55,340 nt of DNA, taken from a virus. Lineage: Duplodnaviria > Caudoviricetes. Below the pieces are notes generated by a model, which was not told where the DNA came from, ran no database searches, and saw nothing but the letters and a program-made list of their open reading frames with translations. This document shows, one piece after another, positions 1 through 10,577 of this stretch. A program made the position numbers and the translations under genes. The stretch covers positions 1-55,340 of IMG/VR virus record IMGVR_UViG_3300036852_000116; one strand, 5' to 3'. Each line of letters begins with the position of its first letter. Positions within the stretch are counted from its first letter, which is position 1.

Positions 1-2
1 AA

Positions 3-1112
3 GCTAAGGCAATCTCGCAGGCTCCTACTCTGTTTAATCCCAAGACCTTTCTAGAAGTTGAGTCACCTCTACTTTCCAATGCTCCGTCTCTCTTCAATCC
101 AACTACTGTTCCAGGTGCTGTTACGGTAGTAGTGCCACTTCTGGCTCATGGTCATGTAGTTTATAGTTCAGCGGTTGTACCTCCCGTCTCAACTGTGATT
201 GCTCAATTGATTGCAGAAGAGCATACTCTGTTCGATCCTAAGTTACTGCATCAGGTTGCCATACCTCTCTTAGATAATCCGACTAGCTTATTTGATCCAC
301 AGATCACTCAGAAAATAGTTGTAGATTTAGTAAATCAGTCTGGACAACTGTATGATCCTTCAGTAGCCCAGTTGATTACGGCTGAGCTTCTTTCACAGAC
401 TCCACAACTTTTTGATCCAATGGCTTCTCCGGGTGGAGTTACTGTCGTTGCTCAACTCCTCTCTAATGGGAATATTCTATTCGACTTCACTGTTGCTACT
501 GGTATTTCTCTAGTCCAACTGGAACTGCTATCAAATGGGAACAGCTTCTTTGATCCTATTGTCTCTCCCGGTGGAGTTAGTGTAGTAGCACAACTGATCA
601 CTCAAACACCGGTTTTGTTAGACCCACAAGTACTTCAGACCATTGTGGCCCAATTGATTGGTAGCTTGAACACTTTATATGATCCATCAATTTCTGCTGT
701 TGCTCGGGTGGTAACTCAGCTTATCTCACAAGATGGGGTACCATTTGACCCAGAGATCAGCACTACTTCATTCATTGGAGTTGACGACTTAGCTCAGTCA
801 CCAGCGCTCTTATCTCCAATGGTCTTAGCCGGCTCTGTGGTCGTCCAGGCTGGTTCTTTGCAGTCATTGACCAGTCTATATGACCCTACGGTGACCGAGG
901 AACAGTTTGTCCTAGTAGCGATTATAGAGAATCCTGCTTCGTTGGGCAGTCCAAGGGTATTCTTGGGAGTAGTTCCAAGTAACTTCCAGTGGGATTCTAC
1001 TTATGGATTAGCTTCCACAAAGGATGCTGGTCCACCCACTGGCACCTCAGACTTGAAGATTACTGACCAGGCAGAACAGACCGGTCGAGATGATCTGAAG
1101 AGAACTCGCTAG
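3..1112 (+). CDS. Repeat-rich virion protein (5' truncated)
   Basis: Frame is open from base 3 (AKAISQAPTLFNP...); many ~20-25 aa repeats of the form QL(L/I)xxxxxL(F/Y)DP; precedes neck genes. Confidence 0.7.
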   Translation, partial: AKAISQAPTLFNPKTFLEVESPLLSNAPSLFNPTTVPGAVTVVVPLLAHGHVVYSSAVVPPVSTVIAQLIAEEHTLFDPKLLHQVAIPLLDNPTSLFDPQITQKIVVDLVNQSGQLYDPSVAQLITAELLSQTPQLFDPMASPGGVTVVAQLLSNGNILFDFTVATGISLVQLELLSNGNSFFDPIVSPGGVSVVAQLITQTPVLLDPQVLQTIVAQLIGSLNTLYDPSISAVARVVTQLISQDGVPFDPEISTTSFIGVDDLAQSPALLSPMVLAGSVVVQAGSLQSLTSLYDPTVTEEQFVLVAIIENPASLGSPRVFLGVVPSNFQWDSTYGLASTKDAGPPTGTSDLKITDQAEQTGRDDLKRTR

Positions 1113-1120
1113 GAGAACAT

Positions 1121-1723
1121 ATGGCACTCACTCAGATTCAGAGAGTTCGAAATGCGATCTCCGACCGGGCACAACTGCGTCGAGAGAGATTCGATGCAGA
1201 TGGAACGTCGGATAGGTTTAAACTCAAGTATGAACCTGTTAACACAACTCCAGCTCCACAGGTCTGGGCTAACGATGTCTTGCAGACCGAGGGAGTTGAT
1301 TATACAGTAGATTATGAGCACGGGATTATCTCCTTTACCAATGCACCTGCATTGAATGCAAAGCTCATCTTCCAGTACTACGCGGTGGTCTGGACCGATG
1401 TAGAGATTCAAGATTTCCTAGATCAGCATGGAGATGTGGTCAACATCGCGGCCGGACATCTACTCTTCGCATGGTCTGCCGATGTAGCTAAGGTTGCGAA
1501 ACGAGAAACTCTTAGTGGTGGAGGCGGGCTTGGAGCTGTCACTAGAGATACCTCTGTGGCTGCTCGTGAGCTGCGTAATAGCGCACAGGCTCTGCTGGAC
1601 TGGGAGAGAGAATACGGAGCAGAGTCGGGTACTGCGGTTCCAGCTGAGGGCCTGACAGAAGTTCCTTGGACTGAAGCTGCATTTGATGAGATTGAGGAAC
1701 AGCGATGGATTAGGGAGAATTAG
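1121..1723 (+). CDS. Putative head-tail connector/adaptor
   Basis: AGGAG RBS; position; internal beta-rich segment (DYTVDYEHGIISF) followed by a WTDVEIQDFL helix. Confidence 0.55.
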   Translation: MALTQIQRVRNAISDRAQLRRERFDADGTSDRFKLKYEPVNTTPAPQVWANDVLQTEGVDYTVDYEHGIISFTNAPALNAKLIFQYYAVVWTDVEIQDFLDQHGDVVNIAAGHLLFAWSADVAKVAKRETLSGGGGLGAVTRDTSVAARELRNSAQALLDWEREYGAESGTAVPAEGLTEVPWTEAAFDEIEEQRWIREN

Positions 1724-2251
1724 ATGTTCCAAGAATCTATTGCCAGAGAAACAACTGAGCATCTACGTTCTCACTTATCAGCTTATCTGATTGCTGAAGC
1801 CACTAAGTATACTGGATCAGACAGATTGACCTTGAAGGTTCCTACTATAAGCTCAGAAACTCTGGTAGGTGGAATAATGCAGGTTGATCACAAAGAGCTA
1901 CCTGCTATAGGCATTGACTGTGTTGATAAACAAGATATGCCATCTAACGAGAGTCTTTGTTATTATCAGTATTCTGGAGCAATAGTAGGATTGGTTTCAG
2001 CTAGTTCTTCTAATGAGGTTGACAGACTAGCGAAAAGATATGCTTCAGCGATTGAGCTTTTTATAAAAGATCATCAATACCTTCATCTACTAGAGAAGAC
2101 TGATTATACTCTGCGAGAGTTCTTCTTCACTAGTGTCAACTTCTCTGGTGCTATAGAGCTTACACTCGAAGAAGAAGAACCTCTATGGGTTGATGGGTTC
2201 ACTTACAATGTACTCTGGTTCGCTAGTGAAGATCAGTACAGGCAACACTGA
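1724..2251 (+). CDS. Putative tail terminator/completion protein
   Basis: Size, synteny between neck and major tail genes, LPAIGI motif. Confidence 0.5.
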   Translation: MFQESIARETTEHLRSHLSAYLIAEATKYTGSDRLTLKVPTISSETLVGGIMQVDHKELPAIGIDCVDKQDMPSNESLCYYQYSGAIVGLVSASSSNEVDRLAKRYASAIELFIKDHQYLHLLEKTDYTLREFFFTSVNFSGAIELTLEEEEPLWVDGFTYNVLWFASEDQYRQH

Positions 2252-2805
2252 TGGCTAGAACAAGTATTGGTCTTACCATCCACGGGGCTCTGAATGCTAA
2301 AGAAAGTGTCATAAGATTCAGGGAAACTACTGGGCAGAGGATTACTCAGGTTCTTCAGGCAGAACTTCCCTTCGCTGAAGAGGGGATGCGCAATGCAATG
2401 CGCTTAGCATACACGGATGGGAGCGGACAGGCTGGAGAATCTATTCGAGGAGAAGTTACTGCCGAAGGAAACAATGCTCGTGTTTCAATCTCTATAGCTA
2501 ACTTCAGGGAAGTCAAATATCTCACTCGCTTAGTGCCTGATTCTGATTTCAGAGCAGAACCATATGTAATCACTGCTCATAAAGAGAGGATGGTATTTTA
2601 CTGGAAGAAACTAGGTAGAGTAGTTGCTCTTAAACAAGTTACTCACCCAGGATTTGGTAGGAAGGGTGATGTTCTTGCCGATAGTGGAGCAGCAGCGATG
2701 TCTAATTTAGGATGGGCTGTAGAGAGGGAAGTAAGATCAGCTGTGGCTGAGGTAACTGCTGGTGGTAGAACATTTAGAGTTAGTGGTCGTCGAGTTCGTG
2801 GATAG
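2251..2805 (+). CDS. Putative neck protein (HK97 gp10-like)
   Basis: Basic 184 aa protein with VTHPG motif; synteny. Confidence 0.5.
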   Translation: MARTSIGLTIHGALNAKESVIRFRETTGQRITQVLQAELPFAEEGMRNAMRLAYTDGSGQAGESIRGEVTAEGNNARVSISIANFREVKYLTRLVPDSDFRAEPYVITAHKERMVFYWKKLGRVVALKQVTHPGFGRKGDVLADSGAAAMSNLGWAVEREVRSAVAEVTAGGRTFRVSGRRVRG

Positions 2806-2814
2806 GAGTTATAG

Positions 2815-3441
2815 ATGGCACAGAGAAATGTCCTAGAAAATAGCATCGATCTTTTCAAGACCTTGAGAGGTCCAGCTAAGATCCTTTATGCACCTGGAAC
2901 GTTACCCATGCCGATCATGGCGCACCAAGTGCTTGATCCAACCGGTGGTGCTGCTGCCACTGGGTGGAATACCTTCGGCCTAACCCGTGGTGGGATCAAC
3001 GTTGCTAAGAACCTCGACATTGCAGTTCGTGATGACGTAGACCAGATCATCGGTGCATACGATCAGGATGTCACCGACCGTTCTTACCAGCTCACGACTC
3101 AGCTGGCCGAGGTGCTTGATCGAGTACAGATGGGTATCGCCTTCGATATGGGCCTCCCAACTGTGGTTTCTACCGTGGCTCCGACTCAGGTTATGATCCC
3201 GCTTGATAGTGGATCTAACAAGACCACAGAACGGCGGATGGCAGTTGTTTATCCGAAGGCTGAAGCTGGAAAGGTTCTCGCTTTCGTCTTCCGTCGAGCA
3301 GCTATTTCTGGTGGTGAGAAGGTCTTCCGGTTCGACAAGAACGATCCGGCTAGCCCACCGCTTGAGTTCCGTGCATTCCCAGAGATCTCTACGGCCATTG
3401 ATCCAATGGATGCGTACGGTCGCTGGTACGAGATCATCTAG
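2815..3441 (+). CDS. Major tail tube protein
   Basis: GPAKILYAP...FGLTRGGI pattern of siphovirus tube proteins; precedes chaperone and tape measure genes. Confidence 0.75.
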   Translation: MAQRNVLENSIDLFKTLRGPAKILYAPGTLPMPIMAHQVLDPTGGAAATGWNTFGLTRGGINVAKNLDIAVRDDVDQIIGAYDQDVTDRSYQLTTQLAEVLDRVQMGIAFDMGLPTVVSTVAPTQVMIPLDSGSNKTTERRMAVVYPKAEAGKVLAFVFRRAAISGGEKVFRFDKNDPASPPLEFRAFPEISTAIDPMDAYGRWYEII

Positions 3442-3449
3442 GAGGAGAA

Positions 3450-3980
3450 ATGTCAGAGCGGCGGCAAGCTCATCGCAGAGAATCAATTGAAGTTGGAGTT
3501 CGGGAGAGGGTGGTAGAGGCACGCCCTCTTCCGTGGATGAAGCGTAATGATCTTGGTAATGAGATCATGAGGCAATACTCCGACATGTTGAACTCTACGC
3601 TAAGAGCATATGTGGATGATCGGACTGACCAGAAAGATTCTGAGTCACCTGTAGTACCACAGCTTGAGATTTATCTGAATGATAAGATCAGAGACCCAGG
3701 AACTGTAGTTCGTTTGGGTTATCCAGATTACCACAATACAGAAGAGGATACAAAGTTCTTTGAGGAGCTGGAATACCCGGAGATGCTAGAATTGATCTAT
3801 GCATCTTTAGATGTAAATCAGCTTGAATCTCTTCGGGAGCTTGTAGACCCAAACGCGACCGCCCCGGAGAAGAATGGTGGAGCAAATTCTCCGGGGGAGG
3901 ATCAGAACGATACTCCGAGTCAGCCGTCTACTCCAGGCTCATCCTCGCAGGGGTCAGAAGAAGCGACATCCTCGAGCTAA
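3450..3980 (+). CDS. Tail assembly chaperone (G)
   Basis: Between tail tube and tape measure genes; contains in-frame slippery heptamer C CCA AAC at 3848-3854. Confidence 0.8.
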   Translation: MSERRQAHRRESIEVGVRERVVEARPLPWMKRNDLGNEIMRQYSDMLNSTLRAYVDDRTDQKDSESPVVPQLEIYLNDKIRDPGTVVRLGYPDYHNTEEDTKFFEELEYPEMLELIYASLDVNQLESLRELVDPNATAPEKNGGANSPGEDQNDTPSQPSTPGSSSQGSEEATSSS

Positions 3981-4168
3981 CTTTCGGGGAGATTATGGCG
4001 TTAGAGTCAGAATTCGATCGACAGATCTGGGATGAGAGATGGTGGCTCTTTGCTCAGAAATCAGATAAGGTGATGGAAACCTATCAAGAACTCGTGGCTG
4101 AGAAGGGTGAAGCCCCACCGAATCTAGATGAATTACCCGCGGATAGAAAAGCGTGGTATAGAGCATGA
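3450..4168 (+). CDS. Tail assembly chaperone G-T (-1 frameshift product)
   Basis: The -1 frame from 3851 is open (KRDRPGEEWW...RKAWYRA) to TGA 4166-4168, which overlaps the tape measure ATG. Confidence 0.75.
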
Positions 4169-6936
4169 CATTCAGATCACAATATCAGAGGAACGTAACT
4201 GGTCGTGGACCAGTAGATACTGGACCCCCCCGAACTAATACTGGGCTTACTGGCCTCGGTGCAGTTGGTGGTGCTACAGGTGTTGGTGCTGGAGCACTAC
4301 GAGTTATTGTAGAGTTCTTGACCCAGTACGATTCTAAAGAGCTCAAGAGACTAGAAGCTGAACTGGATAAACTCCAGCGACGCGAAGATCGTAATAATAC
4401 TCGGGCTGCTACATTTCGTAAGCAAGAAGCACAAGCTCAAGGTGCACTAACCCGTCTTCAGAACATCCAGGAGAGAGCTCGGTTAAGCTTTACTAGGGAT
4501 CAACAAAAAGAGATTAAAACAATTCGGGACTTAGAAAGATCTAGGGCCCAGAATAGTGTAAGAGATGCTAACATTCAGAAAGGTCTTCTTGCTCAGCAGA
4601 CGGGGTTTCGCAAGGCGGAGATTTCACAGTTAATCAATGCTGATCGTATAGAAGCTAGAGCTGCAGAACGCAAAGCCCGTTCTGGAGAACTCCTTGCACG
4701 AGTCGAATCCAGGATTACTCAGAATCAAAAGCAACAAACCGTATTCCAGCAACAGATTGCTAGGGCCCAAGCTCTTAGAGCAAATCTGGCCCCGAAACTA
4801 GGCGCTCTTGCGTTGGGAGCTGTGGGTGGTGTTTTCGGTGGAGCTGTTGTTGGGTTAGGATTCGTAGCTGCTCAGGCCCTGATCGATGCTATTGGTCAGG
4901 GTCTTAAGGATATGATTGATCCTGCCAACAAGGCTAGAGAAGCTCTGAAGGGTGTTGCTGATAGTATTGATAAGATTGCAGAGAAAGAGGGACTAACAAC
5001 TCTAGAGGCTACAAGGCAGTTCTTGGATGAACTAGGTCCAGCTGCCGCTGGTGTGAGTGATGATTTCCTAGCTCAGGCTCTGGCAACACAGCAACTCACA
5101 GAAGATACTGAGAAATTAGCCGCTGTTCTAGAGATTGTTAGGCAGCTTGAAAATCTACAAACTGGTGCAGTTAAGAAGCTAGTAGAGCAACTAGTAGCCG
5201 CTCAGGTTGCTGGTAGGGCAAGATTTGGCGTAGCAGCTAACATCATGCAAGCTTATGCAGATCCTTCAAGCATCAGGCTTAACGCTCAAGAACAAGCAAT
5301 CCTTGATACTGTACTTAAGCAACTGGGTGCATCTTCTGATCGTGCTGCCAATGCTCAAGCTCGTCTAGCCGCAGAGGAACGTGCAGCTGCAAGTGCTGCG
5401 GCTTTGAATGCCGTGATGCAAGATCGTCTGGTCAGTAAGCTTCAAAGTCTTAGTGGACTACGGGTTACTGGTTTACGAGATCAACTGGATGCTCTATCAA
5501 GTGCTGGACCGGGTCCTAGAACTCGAGCCCTCGAGTCTCAACTAGAGGGCATGGCCGAGGCTCAGGCTCAGATGGCCTATAGTTCTCAGCTCGCTCAAAT
5601 TCAAGAAGAGAGGTCTTTAGTTCTCCTCGAACAGAGAATTAGATTCCAGGGCCAGTCTGTGGCACTTGATCAGCTTTCTGCTCGTGGTCAGCTTGTAGCC
5701 ATTGATGCTCGTATTGAAGCTTTGAATAGGGCGGGAGAAGCTGAAAAAGAACAACTTGAGATTATCAACGGTCGTATAAGCGCTCTACGCAAAGAAGACC
5801 AGGTTCAGGATAAGAGGGATCAAGAAGCTCTATCAGTCTACGATAAGCAGATTGAAGCACTTCGTGAAAGAGCCGATGAACAAGATAGGTTCAATAGACT
5901 TCTTGATCTACAATACAGACTAAGCCAACCTATCAAACGACAAGAAGGTGAGTCAATTGGTGGATTCATCTCTCGTCGCGCGAATGAGACTCGGGCACTG
6001 CTCGCAGAACAAGCAGCTCTAGGTCGTACTAATCAGGTCGATGCAATCCAAGGAGCTAGAGACGAACTAGAGGCCCAGCAGGAAGTTGCTAACGCAACCA
6101 GGGAATCTGCCATCGAGGCAATGGAGCTTGAAGCTGAGCAACTTCAGGCCACTCTGGAGAGGATTGACAAGGCCCGACAAGCAGAGATTCGGGCTCTTAA
6201 TGATCACCGAGAACAGCTACAGCTAGAAGTTAGACTCCAAGAACTGGCCGAGCAAGAGAAGCAACTCGCTGCTCAAGAAACTGCTCGGGTACAAACTAAG
6301 GCTATTCAAACTGCTCTAGCAAAGGCTCAGGAAGCTGACCGGAAGGCTGTAGAGTCTAGACGAAGAGCTATCCAAGAGCAGATAGATGCTGAGGAGAGAA
6401 AACTCGAGCAGTTACTCAAGTGGACTGATGTTGAGAATATAGAAAGATTGAAGGCAGCCATTGCTGGAGCTCATAGTTATGGGGAAGTGCAAGCCATTAT
6501 TGGTGAAGTAGCTGGGGCTAAGAGAGTTCTTGGGGAACTAAGAGCCCTCGTGGCTGCTGGAGTTCTACCCTACAACTTCGTCAGCGATAGGATTGCTAAC
6601 CTTGTTCAACTAATTAGACTCGCCGAGAATCGAATGGCTAGTTTCGTTGGTAGAGGACCTAGAATTCCAACAGCTCCTAGACCTATGGCACAGGGTGGTG
6701 TGTTCATGTTGAGCAACGCAAATAACAATCCATTCAGTGCCAATATCAAAACTGGTGAAGAGGGTCATGAGTTGGGTGTAATCATCCCCAATAGGTTGAC
6801 TAACATGATCACTGGTATGTTGGGCAACAGACCGCCTCCTATGAGCTTTGTGGTTAATCGATCTGATGATCCTTTCAGAGACAAGAGTAGATTTGGACGA
6901 GTGGTTAGACAAGCTCTGAGTGAGGCTTTGGACTGA
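4165..6936 (+). CDS. Tape measure protein
   Basis: 923 aa, Ala/Gln/Glu-rich helical, hydrophobic Gly-rich segment; position. Confidence 0.9.
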   Translation: MTFRSQYQRNVTGRGPVDTGPPRTNTGLTGLGAVGGATGVGAGALRVIVEFLTQYDSKELKRLEAELDKLQRREDRNNTRAATFRKQEAQAQGALTRLQNIQERARLSFTRDQQKEIKTIRDLERSRAQNSVRDANIQKGLLAQQTGFRKAEISQLINADRIEARAAERKARSGELLARVESRITQNQKQQTVFQQQIARAQALRANLAPKLGALALGAVGGVFGGAVVGLGFVAAQALIDAIGQGLKDMIDPANKAREALKGVADSIDKIAEKEGLTTLEATRQFLDELGPAAAGVSDDFLAQALATQQLTEDTEKLAAVLEIVRQLENLQTGAVKKLVEQLVAAQVAGRARFGVAANIMQAYADPSSIRLNAQEQAILDTVLKQLGASSDRAANAQARLAAEERAAASAAALNAVMQDRLVSKLQSLSGLRVTGLRDQLDALSSAGPGPRTRALESQLEGMAEAQAQMAYSSQLAQIQEERSLVLLEQRIRFQGQSVALDQLSARGQLVAIDARIEALNRAGEAEKEQLEIINGRISALRKEDQVQDKRDQEALSVYDKQIEALRERADEQDRFNRLLDLQYRLSQPIKRQEGESIGGFISRRANETRALLAEQAALGRTNQVDAIQGARDELEAQQEVANATRESAIEAMELEAEQLQATLERIDKARQAEIRALNDHREQLQLEVRLQELAEQEKQLAAQETARVQTKAIQTALAKAQEADRKAVESRRRAIQEQIDAEERKLEQLLKWTDVENIERLKAAIAGAHSYGEVQAIIGEVAGAKRVLGELRALVAAGVLPYNFVSDRIANLVQLIRLAENRMASFVGRGPRIPTAPRPMAQGGVFMLSNANNNPFSANIKTGEEGHELGVIIPNRLTNMITGMLGNRPPPMSFVVNRSDDPFRDKSRFGRVVRQALSEALD

Positions 6937-7382
6937 TGGCAGATCAGAATAAGCTTACACTTTCTCACGCTACATATCTTGGTCCATCTGGAGCTACTGC
7001 AGCTGCTACGTATCAGTTCATGACTAAGGGATATAAACCACCTGCGGAAACTCGTCATATAGACTCTGATATTGTTCACAACCAAAATGGTAGATTTAAG
7101 TACGTCTACGATAATGGTGGTGGGTTCCGCAGGTGGAATACATTCCAAGTGAGCTGTCAACAAGCATTCCAAGCTATCCTTGGAGCAAATGCGCAGCAGC
7201 AGTACGATAGACTCAGAGAGATGTGGGTCCACAAGGGCGTTCTAGGCATGACAATTTTGGGGGATACATATAGCGTCCACTGGGCTCAGGATCCTATGGA
7301 GCCAGCGTTTGTTCCACAATTCCCAGTAGAAGTGGGTGGCATAGTTGAGAGAGACATCAGTGTCCAGTTCGAGGAAGCCTGA
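6936..7382 (+). CDS. Putative distal tail protein
   Basis: Immediately follows tape measure; size; beta-rich. Confidence 0.5.
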   Translation: MADQNKLTLSHATYLGPSGATAAATYQFMTKGYKPPAETRHIDSDIVHNQNGRFKYVYDNGGGFRRWNTFQVSCQQAFQAILGANAQQQYDRLREMWVHKGVLGMTILGDTYSVHWAQDPMEPAFVPQFPVEVGGIVERDISVQFEEA

Positions 7383-7999
7383 TGGCTGGTAATACAAACT
7401 TCCCAACTGCTTTAGATGATGACAGTTCACTCCTAGATGTAACTGATGGTGTTAGTAGCCTACAGGCTGTGCACCACAATAATCTGAAAGAAGCTGTCAA
7501 GGCTATTCAAGCTAAGCTAGGTATTCGTCTCACAGACGCACCCACTACGATAGACTTCCGACTTGGTAACGCCACAGCTGGTCATCGACATGATGGAGCT
7601 TCTGGTCAGGGTCCAGTAATCAATGCTACCGTAGTCTCGGGACTAGAACGTAGATTTACTCAAGACATCCAGATTCGTGGCACCTCCGTGGTGGGTAGCA
7701 ATCTTGCTAACCCCATCACCTTTGGTCGAACCATGCAGATTGAGAGTGTTTCTGGAGTTCTACGCCGCGGTCCATCTGGAGCTACAGCTGCATTCATTGC
7801 TAGAGTCGGACCAACTCATGTGTTTGGTGCCTCCGTGGGTTTAGGTATTCGCTTTGCTCCCGGTGCCACAAGATATGGTCAGCCTTCTCCAAACTTGGGA
7901 ACCTATCCGAGTGGTGCGATTATTACCCTGGATGCTGAAGCAGTGGGTAGCAGCGCACCAGGTGAGGATCTGTCAGTAGTCTTCGTTTTCAGGGATTGA
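7382..7999 (+). CDS. Minor tail protein
   Basis: TNFPTALD...HHNNLKEAVKAIQAKLG N-terminus typical of phage fibre anchors; C-terminal beta-rich domain. Confidence 0.6.
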   Translation: MAGNTNFPTALDDDSSLLDVTDGVSSLQAVHHNNLKEAVKAIQAKLGIRLTDAPTTIDFRLGNATAGHRHDGASGQGPVINATVVSGLERRFTQDIQIRGTSVVGSNLANPITFGRTMQIESVSGVLRRGPSGATAAFIARVGPTHVFGASVGLGIRFAPGATRYGQPSPNLGTYPSGAIITLDAEAVGSSAPGEDLSVVFVFRD

Positions 8000-8000
8000 T

Positions 8001-10577
8001 ATGCCAACTACGTACTACGGTGACGGAAGTTTATACGGAGATGCAGACGCGATCTACGGTCGCATCTCATCAGAACTCCTAGCAGCTCAGATTACTTCTG
8101 TTCGTGAGACTGGGCTCAAAGTACGTATTATTGATGAGCGTTCTAATCGATGGGAGTTCCTGGCAGGTGTAGACCAGAATCCTGTTGCATATCATGCAAA
8201 CGAAGAGTTTAGGAACCAGAAGAACCAGAAGTACTATTCTTATCGTGGTCAGTCAGACATCTGCGTCCTCGACAATGGAAACTTCTACCGAGTTAGAGTA
8301 GATGTAGACGACCAGCAGATCTATGATCAGACGATTACTGATCCCACAGTTACTGCTCAGTGGACTTCTTGGAGCTTACTATATTCGGGACTTCATTACT
8401 CAGTAGCAGTTGCAGCTAATGGAAATATTCCAGTCGTCTACACTGCGAAGTCTGATGGAATCTATCGTAACAACTCTCTGGAATGGTCTATTGCTAATGC
8501 GATGGGTATTCAGTGTCATAGGGGTTCTGATGGGCGCCAGGAAGTGGATAAGCTGTGGATTAAAGTAGTGGGAGATGGTGGATGGTCGCCACAGGGTGGG
8601 GGTCGTACACTTCGGAAATTTGACTTCTACTATACTAGTGATATTGAATCCATTACACCAGTAGAAGTTCCCTGGAATCTTGGTTGGTTCAGACATGATG
8701 TTGCTAGTATCGTCAGGGGAGACGGGAAGGCCGTTCGTCTAGTCACCTATCCTCTCTATGCTTCTGAGCTTGCTGGTAATGGTGGTGAGTCCATCACTGC
8801 CGAACTGGTTGCTGATCCAGCCAACATTGGAACCGAACTCAAGGGACCTCGATTGATTCGTGGACTGCCAGGAGAATATGGTCACAATACCGTTTCTGGA
8901 TCAGATATCTTTAAGTTGTCGGATGGATACTACTACATCTTCTACCATGAAGTACATGTCTCTGACGATTGGGAGTTTAGTTCTAACGTAGAGACTCCAC
9001 TGGTTTGGCAGCGTTCTAAGGATTTGCTTGCATGGTCCGAACCAGTTCACTCTGGACACAATGCCTGGGGATTTGCCGGGGTAGTTGAAAGAAATGGAAT
9101 AGTCTATCTCTGTGGAAACGGAGCTGTTCATCAGAGACCTGGTACCTCAGTTGAATATGATATCTCTGATCATGTTCCACAGGTAGGGTGGGAGAGCCCT
9201 CGGGAGAATCAATCTGGTACTGGTCAACTTCTAGTCGCTAATCCAGATGATGTCCATTCAGAAATTCTAGATCTGTCTGATCGTAGGATCATTATAGAGC
9301 CTGGTATCAAAACCGGAGCAGCTTATGAATATGCCAGACTTGATGATCATTGGGTTAAGCAGATTAAGAAGACCTTAGATGGTAATGCCAACCGTCTTAC
9401 TGTGGATTTTGGTAACATCTGGACCCGATTAGAAAACCCCATGAGGGATGTGATTAACTTCATCGGAAGAACAGATTATCATGATTGGGGTGACTCAGAA
9501 CCTAACGAACCATTTGCTTACTACTTCGATACTGGAGAAGGCGTAGCAGCTGGTAATGTTCTAAGTATCACAGAAGGTCTCGTTCTCTGGACTGGTTGGA
9601 AGGGTCACAATCCCAACTTCCAGATTAGTTTCAACACGGTTGCTATAGATCTTTATCTCAGATATAAGGATGAGAACAACTATCTCAAGTTAGCTTATGC
9701 TAGCAACACTGTTACTCTTACCGAGGTTAGGCTCGGAGTTTCTACGGTCATTGGAACAACTGCAGTTGGAGCTACTGGTAGACTTGGTGTCAGAGCTCGA
9801 TGGAAGTCTTTTGACATTTGGGTGAATGGAGCTGTTGCTGTTACCTATACTCATGCATCTCCAAAACTTCTATCACCCGGATATGTTGGTTGGTCCAATG
9901 TTGGAGCCTATGGTGTGTTCGACTTTGACTTCGAAGACCTAGAGTACAACTATACCTCTGAGGATCTAATCCGTCAAGCTTTGGCGATGGGTGACTACCA
10001 TGATGTGAAAGTTGGAAGTGCGTCCGCCAAGCAGTATGCTCTTACCTGGGGTCCACAAACTGACCTCCCAACCCCGGCTGATGGATTACGTCAGGTTTTA
10101 GAAGGTGAAAAGTTAGAACTCATCTGGAGAGATGGTTTCATCGAGGTTGGCCAGTTTAAGGATGTGGGAGTTGTCAAAACTATTGAAAATCGTATCATCA
10201 ATACTGAACTGGCCAATGCAGGTAATCGTCGTATCAACCTAGCCAATGTGGATGGCAACGAACATACTTGGTTTGAGGTTGACATTCCAGATGCTCTTGA
10301 AAGAGATCGTATGATCAATGCATACTTTGACTTGCCCGAGTTGTTGGACAAGGATAAAGTCAGGGAAAGAGCCCAAGAAGAGATTAGACGCAGTGGTCTA
10401 GCGGAGGCTCCTGGTGGACTAGTTCCTCTCTTCTTTGATCTATGGCGTATGGATGTTATAGAGTGGGTTGACAACTCTGGAGATTCTAAGACTGTTAGAA
10501 TCGAGGGTATCAGAGTAGAGATTAACCAGAGCAGTGAGCCATCTCAACGACAGCAGCTGGATACGAGTTTAGTATGA
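8001..10577 (+). CDS. Large minor tail/baseplate hub protein
   Basis: 858 aa, beta-rich; tail module position. Confidence 0.65.
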   Translation: MPTTYYGDGSLYGDADAIYGRISSELLAAQITSVRETGLKVRIIDERSNRWEFLAGVDQNPVAYHANEEFRNQKNQKYYSYRGQSDICVLDNGNFYRVRVDVDDQQIYDQTITDPTVTAQWTSWSLLYSGLHYSVAVAANGNIPVVYTAKSDGIYRNNSLEWSIANAMGIQCHRGSDGRQEVDKLWIKVVGDGGWSPQGGGRTLRKFDFYYTSDIESITPVEVPWNLGWFRHDVASIVRGDGKAVRLVTYPLYASELAGNGGESITAELVADPANIGTELKGPRLIRGLPGEYGHNTVSGSDIFKLSDGYYYIFYHEVHVSDDWEFSSNVETPLVWQRSKDLLAWSEPVHSGHNAWGFAGVVERNGIVYLCGNGAVHQRPGTSVEYDISDHVPQVGWESPRENQSGTGQLLVANPDDVHSEILDLSDRRIIIEPGIKTGAAYEYARLDDHWVKQIKKTLDGNANRLTVDFGNIWTRLENPMRDVINFIGRTDYHDWGDSEPNEPFAYYFDTGEGVAAGNVLSITEGLVLWTGWKGHNPNFQISFNTVAIDLYLRYKDENNYLKLAYASNTVTLTEVRLGVSTVIGTTAVGATGRLGVRARWKSFDIWVNGAVAVTYTHASPKLLSPGYVGWSNVGAYGVFDFDFEDLEYNYTSEDLIRQALAMGDYHDVKVGSASAKQYALTWGPQTDLPTPADGLRQVLEGEKLELIWRDGFIEVGQFKDVGVVKTIENRIINTELANAGNRRINLANVDGNEHTWFEVDIPDALERDRMINAYFDLPELLDKDKVRERAQEEIRRSGLAEAPGGLVPLFFDLWRMDVIEWVDNSGDSKTVRIEGIRVEINQSSEPSQRQQLDTSLV

